Assembly: GCF_009914755.1 (NCBI RefSeq)
Contig: NC_060948.1
DNA: 64,000 nucleotides
DNA from: the human T2T-CHM13v2.0 reference genome, Homo sapiens
Strand: one strand, 5' to 3'
Shown one piece after another: positions 54,851 to 64,000 of the stretch. The notes under the pieces were generated by a model. That model was not told where the DNA came from. It worked only from the letters and a program-made list of their open reading frames with translations, and made no database searches. Numbering within the stretch: position 1 is the stretch's first letter; each line of letters opens with the position of its first letter. Position numbers and translations under genes: made by a program.

Positions 54851-56962
54851 AGATCCATATTTTTTAAATGAAAAAAAATTTCAAAGGTACTCTGCTTGGT
54901 ACAATAATCAAATGTATAAACTGAGGAATAAAACATAACCACGAAACCTACTTATAACTGCATATGGAAAATACAGAGGATAATTTTTTAAATAACATAT
55001 TTTGAAAGCCTTAACTAGTAATTTGAAGAGTTGGCATTTGAAAGGCCAGTATGAATATACCTTCAAAGCAGCAACACAGGTTCCCCATGAGAAAAAGCAA
55101 ACACAGGGAAAATAAAAACACAAAGGTTCAATCTCTTCTGACCTTTGAAAGACACAGCACAGACAGTGGTCCTTAGGACGAAGAGCAGGAGACCCCTAAT
55201 TCCGTCACCATGGCGATAGGGCATAAACATTGCTGGGTGAGGGCACAATCCACATTGTGAGGTCCAACTGCTGCCAGGAAGACAGGAGTGCTTTTACATA
55301 GACCGAAAGGTCATTGAAGGCTCAGAGTTTTGTTTCAAGAACTGAATCCCAAGCCCACACGTTATTAGGCTGCGCTTCTTAAAACAAGTTATGAGATGGG
55401 AAAAAGGGCACCCACAAACATACGTATACATTATGTATATAATAATATACAGTGTCATATATATAATATATATAACCTATGTATAATATTGTTTTACATC
55501 CTGCAGCTTATGTTATATATATTGTATAAAATATAATAATTGATAATATATAAGTTTTATAATTATACAATATGACATATAGTATATATTATAATTTATG
55601 ACATATATAATATATGTTATATATCATATATTGAATATATTATACGATTAATATACGTATTAAATATAAATTATACATTATATATATTATATATAATATA
55701 TCTGTTATATATAATACCCATTATGCATAATATATATATTATGTCTATGTTATATATAGTATAAAACAACATATAATAATATATAATTGTATATATAAAA
55801 TGCGACATATAATATATATTATATTTTATAACATATGTAATATATATTATATATTATATATAATACGTTGTATGTATAATACCTATATTAAATATATATT
55901 ATATGACTATGTTATTAATTACATGTCACATGTGTTATATATTATATATTTTACATAGAATATACCGGTTACATACAATATATACTATGTTACCTATAAT
56001 GTATAATTTATTACATGTAAAATAAAAAATGCAATATATTATGTATAATTTATAATATACAATATGTGGAATGTGATATATATAACATATAATATATGAT
56101 ATATGATATACAGTATATGATATATAACATACAATATATGATACCTAGTATATATGGTATACAATATATATTTTATGATATGTATTCTATATGTTTTATA
56201 TTCTGTTATATATAACTATTTGAAATTATATATAACTGTATAATATTTTATGTAAATATGTAATATAATATATATAACTATATAAAATATTATATATAAC
56301 TATATATTATGTTATATATACTTTTATAACATAATTTACATAAAATATCATAATATAATATATATTATATTATTTCATATTACATAATATTTATTACATA
56401 TCACCCAATATAACTAACATACATAATATTATAATTTGGATTATATTCTGTTATATTAAATATCATATATATCATGTATCATATATTCTATAATATATAT
56501 TACACATTATATAATATGTATGTTGTCTATTATGTGATATATATAACTATATATATAATTATATTTTTATACATATAACTAGATAAACATGTAATTCTTC
56601 ATATTTTCATTTATAATATATAGAATTATATAATCATATATAATTATTTATATTCTATAAAAAATTATATCATTATATAAATTATAATATAAAAAAATTA
56701 TAATATGTACTACAAATATATATATTATATATCATATATGATATAGTACCTTTGTTATATATCATAATACATATAAATGTGTATTATGTTATCTATAATT
56801 ATATAATTTCATATATAAGATATATAATATGTATTATATATTGTATATGTTATGTAATATATATAGTATATATAAGCTGACACAGGATAAATATTATATA
56901 CTATGACATATAAAATATATGAGGTTATATGTTACATATAAGGCATAGCACATAACATGTAA

Positions 56963-57269
<307 letters not shown>

Positions 57270-59374
57270 AGATCCATATTTTTTAAATGAAAAAAAATTT
57301 CAAAGGTACTCTGCTTGGTACAATAATCAAATGTATAAACTGAGGAATAAAACATAACCATGAAACCTACTTATAACTGCATATGGAAAATACAGAGGAT
57401 AATTTTTTAAATAACATATTTTGAAAGCCTTAACTAGTAATTTGAAGAGTTGGCATTTGTAAGGCCAGTATGAATATACCTTCAAAGCAGCAACACAGGT
57501 ACCCCATGAGAAAAAGCAAACTCAGGGGAAATAAAACCACAAAGGTTCAATCTCTTCTGACCTTTGAAAGACACAGCACAGACAGTGGTCCTTAGGACGA
57601 AGAGCAGGAGACCCCTAATTCCGTCACCATGGCGATAGGGCATAAACATTGCTGGGTGAGGGCACAATCCACATTGTGAGGTCCAACTGCTGCCAGGAAG
57701 ACAGGAGTGCTTTTACATAGACCGAAAGGTCATTGAAGGCTCAGAGTTTTGTTTCAAGAACTGAATCCCAAGCCCACAAGTTATTAGGCTGCGCTTCTTA
57801 AAACAAGTTATGAGATGGGAAAAAGGGCACCCACAAACATACGTATACATTATGTATATAATAATATACAGTATCATATATATAATATATATAACCTATG
57901 TATAATATTGTTTTACATCCTGCATCTTATGTTATATATATTGTATAAAATATAATAATTGATAATATATAAGTTTTATAATTATACAGTAAGACATATA
58001 GTATATATTATAATTTATGACATATGTAATATATGTTATATGTCATATATAGAATATATTATACGGTTAATATACGTATTAAATATAAATTATACATTAT
58101 ATATATTATATATAATATATCTGTTATATATAATACCCATTATGCATAATATATATATTATGTCTATGTTATATATAGTATAAAACAACATATAATAATA
58201 TATAATTGTATATATAAAATGCGACATATAATATATATTATATTTTATAACATATGAAATATATATTATATATTATATATAATACGTTGTATGTATAATA
58301 CCAATATTAAATATATATTATATGACTATGTTATTAATTACATGTCACATGTGTTATATATTATATATTTTACATAGAATATACCGGTTACATACAATAT
58401 ATACTATGTTACCTATAATGTATAATTTATTACATGTAAAATAAAGAATGGAATATATTATGTATAATTTATAATATACCATATGTGGAATGTGATATAT
58501 ATAACATATAATATATGATATATGATATACAGTATATGATATATAACATACAATATATGATTCCTAATATATATGGTATACAATATATATTTTATGATAT
58601 GTATTCTATATGTTTTATATTCTGTTATATATAACTATTTGAAATTATATATAACTGTATAATATTTTATGTAAATATGTAATATAATATATATAACTAT
58701 ATAATATATTATATATAACTATATATTATGTTATATATACTTTTATAACATAATTTACATAAAATATCATAATATAATATATATTATATTATTTCATATT
58801 ACATAATATATATTACATATCACCCAATATACCTAACATACATAATATTATTATATAGATTATATTGTGTTATATTAAATATCATATATATCATGTATCA
58901 TATATTCTATAATATATATTACACATTATATAATATGTATGTAGTCTATTATGTGATATATATAACTATATATATAATTATATTTTTATACATATAACTA
59001 GATAAACATGTAATTCTACATATTTTCATTTATAATATGTAGAATTATATAATCATATATAATTATTTATATTCTATAAAAAATTTTATCATTCTATAAA
59101 TTATAATATATAAAAATTATAATATGTACTACAAATATATATATTATATATCATATATGATATAGTACCTTTGTTATATATCATAATACATATAAATGTG
59201 TATTATGTTATCTATAATTATATAATTTCATATATAAGATGTATAATATGTATCATATATTATATATGTTATGTAATATATATAGTATATATAAGATGAC
59301 ACAGGATAAATATTATATACTATGACATATAAAATATATGAGGTTATATGTTACATATAAGGCATAGCACATAA

Positions 59375-59689
<315 letters not shown>

Positions 59690-61793
59690 AGATCCATATT
59701 TTTTAAATGAAAAAAAATTTCAAAGGTACTCTGCTTGGTACAATAATCAAATGTATAAACTGAGGAATAAAACATAACCATGAAACCTACTTATAACTGC
59801 ATATGGAAAATACAGAGGATAATTTTTTAAATAACATATTTTGAAAGCCTTAACTAGTAATTTGAAGAGTTGGCATTTGAAAGGCCAGTATGAATATACC
59901 TTCAAAGCAGCAACACAGGTTCCCCGTGAGAAAAAGCAAACTCAGGGAAAATAAAAACACAAAGGTTCAATCTCTTCTGACCTTTGAAAGACACAGCACA
60001 GACAGTGGTCCTTAGGACGAAGAGCAGGAGACCCCTAATTCCGTCACCATGGCGATAGGGCATAAACATTGCTGGGTGAGGGCACAATCCACATTGTGAG
60101 GTCCAACTGCTGCCAGGAAGACAGGAGTGCTTTTACATAGACCGAAAGGTCATTGAAGGCTCAGAGTTTTGTTTCAGGAACTGAATCCCAAGCCCACACG
60201 TTATTAGGCTGCGCTTCTTAAAACAAGTTATGAGATGGGAAAAAGGGCACCCACAAACATACGTATACATTATGTATATAATAATATACAGTATCATATA
60301 TATAATATATATAACCTATGTATAATATTGTTTTACATCCTGCATCTTATGTTATATATATTGTATAAAGTATAATAATTGATAATATATAATTTTATAA
60401 TTATACAGTAAGACATATAGTATATATTATAATTTATGACATATGTAATATATGTTATATGTCATATATAGAATATATTATACGGTTAATATACGTATTA
60501 AATATAAATTATACATTATATATATTATATATAATATATCTGTTATATATAATACCCATTATGCATAATATATATATTATGTCTATGTTATATATAGTAT
60601 AAAACAACATATAATAATATATAATTGTATATATAAAATGCGACATATAATATATATTATATTTTATAACATATGAAATATATATTATATATTATATATA
60701 ATACGTTGTATGTATAATACCAATATTAAATATATATTATATGACTATGTTATTAATTACATGTCACATGTGTTATATATTATATATTTTACATAGAATA
60801 TACCGGTTACATACAATATATACTATGTTACCTATAATGTATAATTTATTACATGTAAAATAAAGAATGGAATATATTATGTATAATTTATAATATACCA
60901 TATGTGGAATGTGATATATATAACATATAATATATGATATATGATATACAGTATATGATATATAACATACAATATATGATTCCTAATATATATGGTATAC
61001 AATATATATTTTATGATATGTATTCTATATGTTTTATATTCTGTTATATATAACTATTTGAAATTATATATAACTGTATAATATTTTATGTAAATATGTA
61101 ATATAATATATATAACTATATAATATATTATATATAACTATATATTATGTTATATATACTTTTATAACATAATTTACATAAAATATCATAATATAATATA
61201 TATTATATTATTTCATATTACATAATATATATTACATATCACCCAATATACCTAACATACATAATATTATTATATAGATTATATTGTGTTATATTAAATA
61301 TCATATATATCATGTATCATATATTCTATAATATATATTACACATTATATAATATGTATGTAGTCTATTATGTGATATATATAACTATATATATAATTAT
61401 ATTTTTATACATATAACTAGATAAACATGTAATTCTACATATTTTCATTTATAATATGTAGAATTATATAATCATATATAATTATTTATATTCTATAAAA
61501 AATTTTATCATTCTATAAATTATAATATATAAAAATTATAATATGTACTACAAATATATATATTATATATCATATATGATATAGTACCTTTGTTATATAT
61601 CATAATACATATAAATGTGTATTATGTTATCTATAATTATATAATTTCATATATAAGATGTATAATATGTATCATATATTATATATGTTATGTAATATAT
61701 ATAGTATATATAAGATGACACAGGATAAATATTATATACTATGACATATAAAATATATGAGGTTATATGTTACATATAAGGCATAGCACATAA

Positions 61794-62108
<315 letters not shown>

Positions 62109-64000
62109 AGATCCATATTTTTTAAATGAAAAAAAATTTCAAAGGTACTCTGCTTGGTACAATAATCAAATGTATAAACTGAGGAATAAAACATAACCAT
62201 GAAACCTACTTATAACTGCATATGGAAAATACAGAGGATAATTTTTTAAATAACATATTTTGAAAGCCTTAACTAGTAATTTGAAGAGTTGGCATTTGAA
62301 AGGCCAGTATGAATATACCTTCAAAGCAGCAACACAGGTTCCCCGTGAGAAAAAGCAAACTCAGGGAAAATAAAAACACAAAGGTTCAATCTCTTCTGAC
62401 CTTTGAAAGACACAGCACAGACAGTGGTCCTTAGGACGAAGAGCAGGAGACCCCTAATTCCGTCACCATGGCGATAGGGCATAAACATTGCTGGGTGAGG
62501 GCACAATCCACATTGTGAGGTCCAACTGCTGCCAGGAAGACAGGAGTGCTTTTACATAGACCGAAAGGTCATTGAAGGCTCAGAGTTTTGTTTCAGGAAC
62601 TGAATCCCAAGCCCACACGTTATTAGGCTGCGCTTCTTAAAACAAGTTATGAGATGGGAAAAAGGGCACCCACAAACATACGTATACATTATGTATATAA
62701 TAATATACAGTATCATATATATAATATATATAACCTATGTATAATATTGTTTTACATCCTGCATCTTATGTTATATATATTGTATAAAGTATAATAATTG
62801 ATAATATATAATTTTATAATTATACAATATGACATATAGTATATATTATAATTTATGACATATATAATATATGTTATATGTCATATATAGAATATATTAT
62901 ACGGTTAATATACGTATTAAATATAAATTATACATTATATATATTATATATAATATATCTGTTATATATAATACCCATTATGCATAATATATATATTATG
63001 TCTATGTTATATATAGTATAAAACAACATATAATAATATATAATTGTATATATAAAATGCGACATATAATATATATTATATTTTATAACATATGTAATAT
63101 ATATTATATATTATATATAATACGTTGTATGTATAATACCTATATTAAATATATATTATATGACTATGTTATTAATTACATGTCACATGTGTTATATATT
63201 ATATATTTTACATAGAATACACCGGTTACATACAATATATACTATGTTACCTATAATGTATAATTTATTACATGTAAAATAAAGAATGGAATATATTATG
63301 TATAATTTATAATATACCATATGTGGAATGTGATATATATAACATATAATATATGATATATGATATACAGTATATGATATATAACATACAATATATGATT
63401 CCTAATATATATGGTATACAATATATATTTTATGATATGTATTCTCTATGTTTTATATTCTGTTATATATAACTATTTGAAATTATATATAACTGTATAA
63501 TATTTTATGTAAATATGTAATATAATATATATAACTATATAATATATTATATATAACTATATATTATGTTATATATACTTTTATAACATAATTTACATAA
63601 AATATCATAATATAATATATACTATATTATTTCATATTACATAATATATATTACATATCACCCAATATAACTAACATACATAATATTATAATATAGATTA
63701 TATTGTGTTATATTAAATATCATATATATCATGTATCATATATTCTATAATATATATTACACATTATATAATATGTATGTTGTCTATTATGTGATATATA
63801 TAACTCTATATATAATTATATTTTTATACATATAACTAGATAAACATGTAATTCTACATATTTTCATTTATAATATGTAGAATTATATAATCATATATAA
63901 TTATTTATATTCTATAAAAAATTTTATCATTATATAAATTATAATATATAAAAATTATAATATGTACTACAAATAAATATATTATATATCATATATGATA

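Overview
This window is entirely human-type satellite DNA and matches the Yq12 heterochromatin organisation. Positions 1-10295 are a (GGAAT)n Human Satellite 3 array with a 3543-3545 bp higher-order unit (DYZ1-type, about 2.9 copies). It joins abruptly to a tandem array of ~2.42 kb composite units (DYZ2/HSat1B-type) running from 10296 to the window end. Each unit contains ~1.55 kb of very AT-rich sequence, a degenerate antisense Alu (~290 bp) and ~570 bp of mixed-composition HSATI-like sequence; 22 Alu-containing copies are present. I see no credible protein-coding gene, RNA gene or CRISPR array, and all supplied ORFs are explained by the repeats. I found no evidence of a new biological system. 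The informative signals are structural: the exact DYZ1/DYZ2 junction, a ~768 bp deletion in the junction-adjacent DYZ2 unit, AluSc-like diagnostics and an internal 16 bp duplication in the Alu, and shared-variant patterns recording single-unit duplications, a ~14.5 kb-offset multi-unit duplication and chimeric units. Family names are assigned from recognition, not a database search, and variant comparisons were done by eye.
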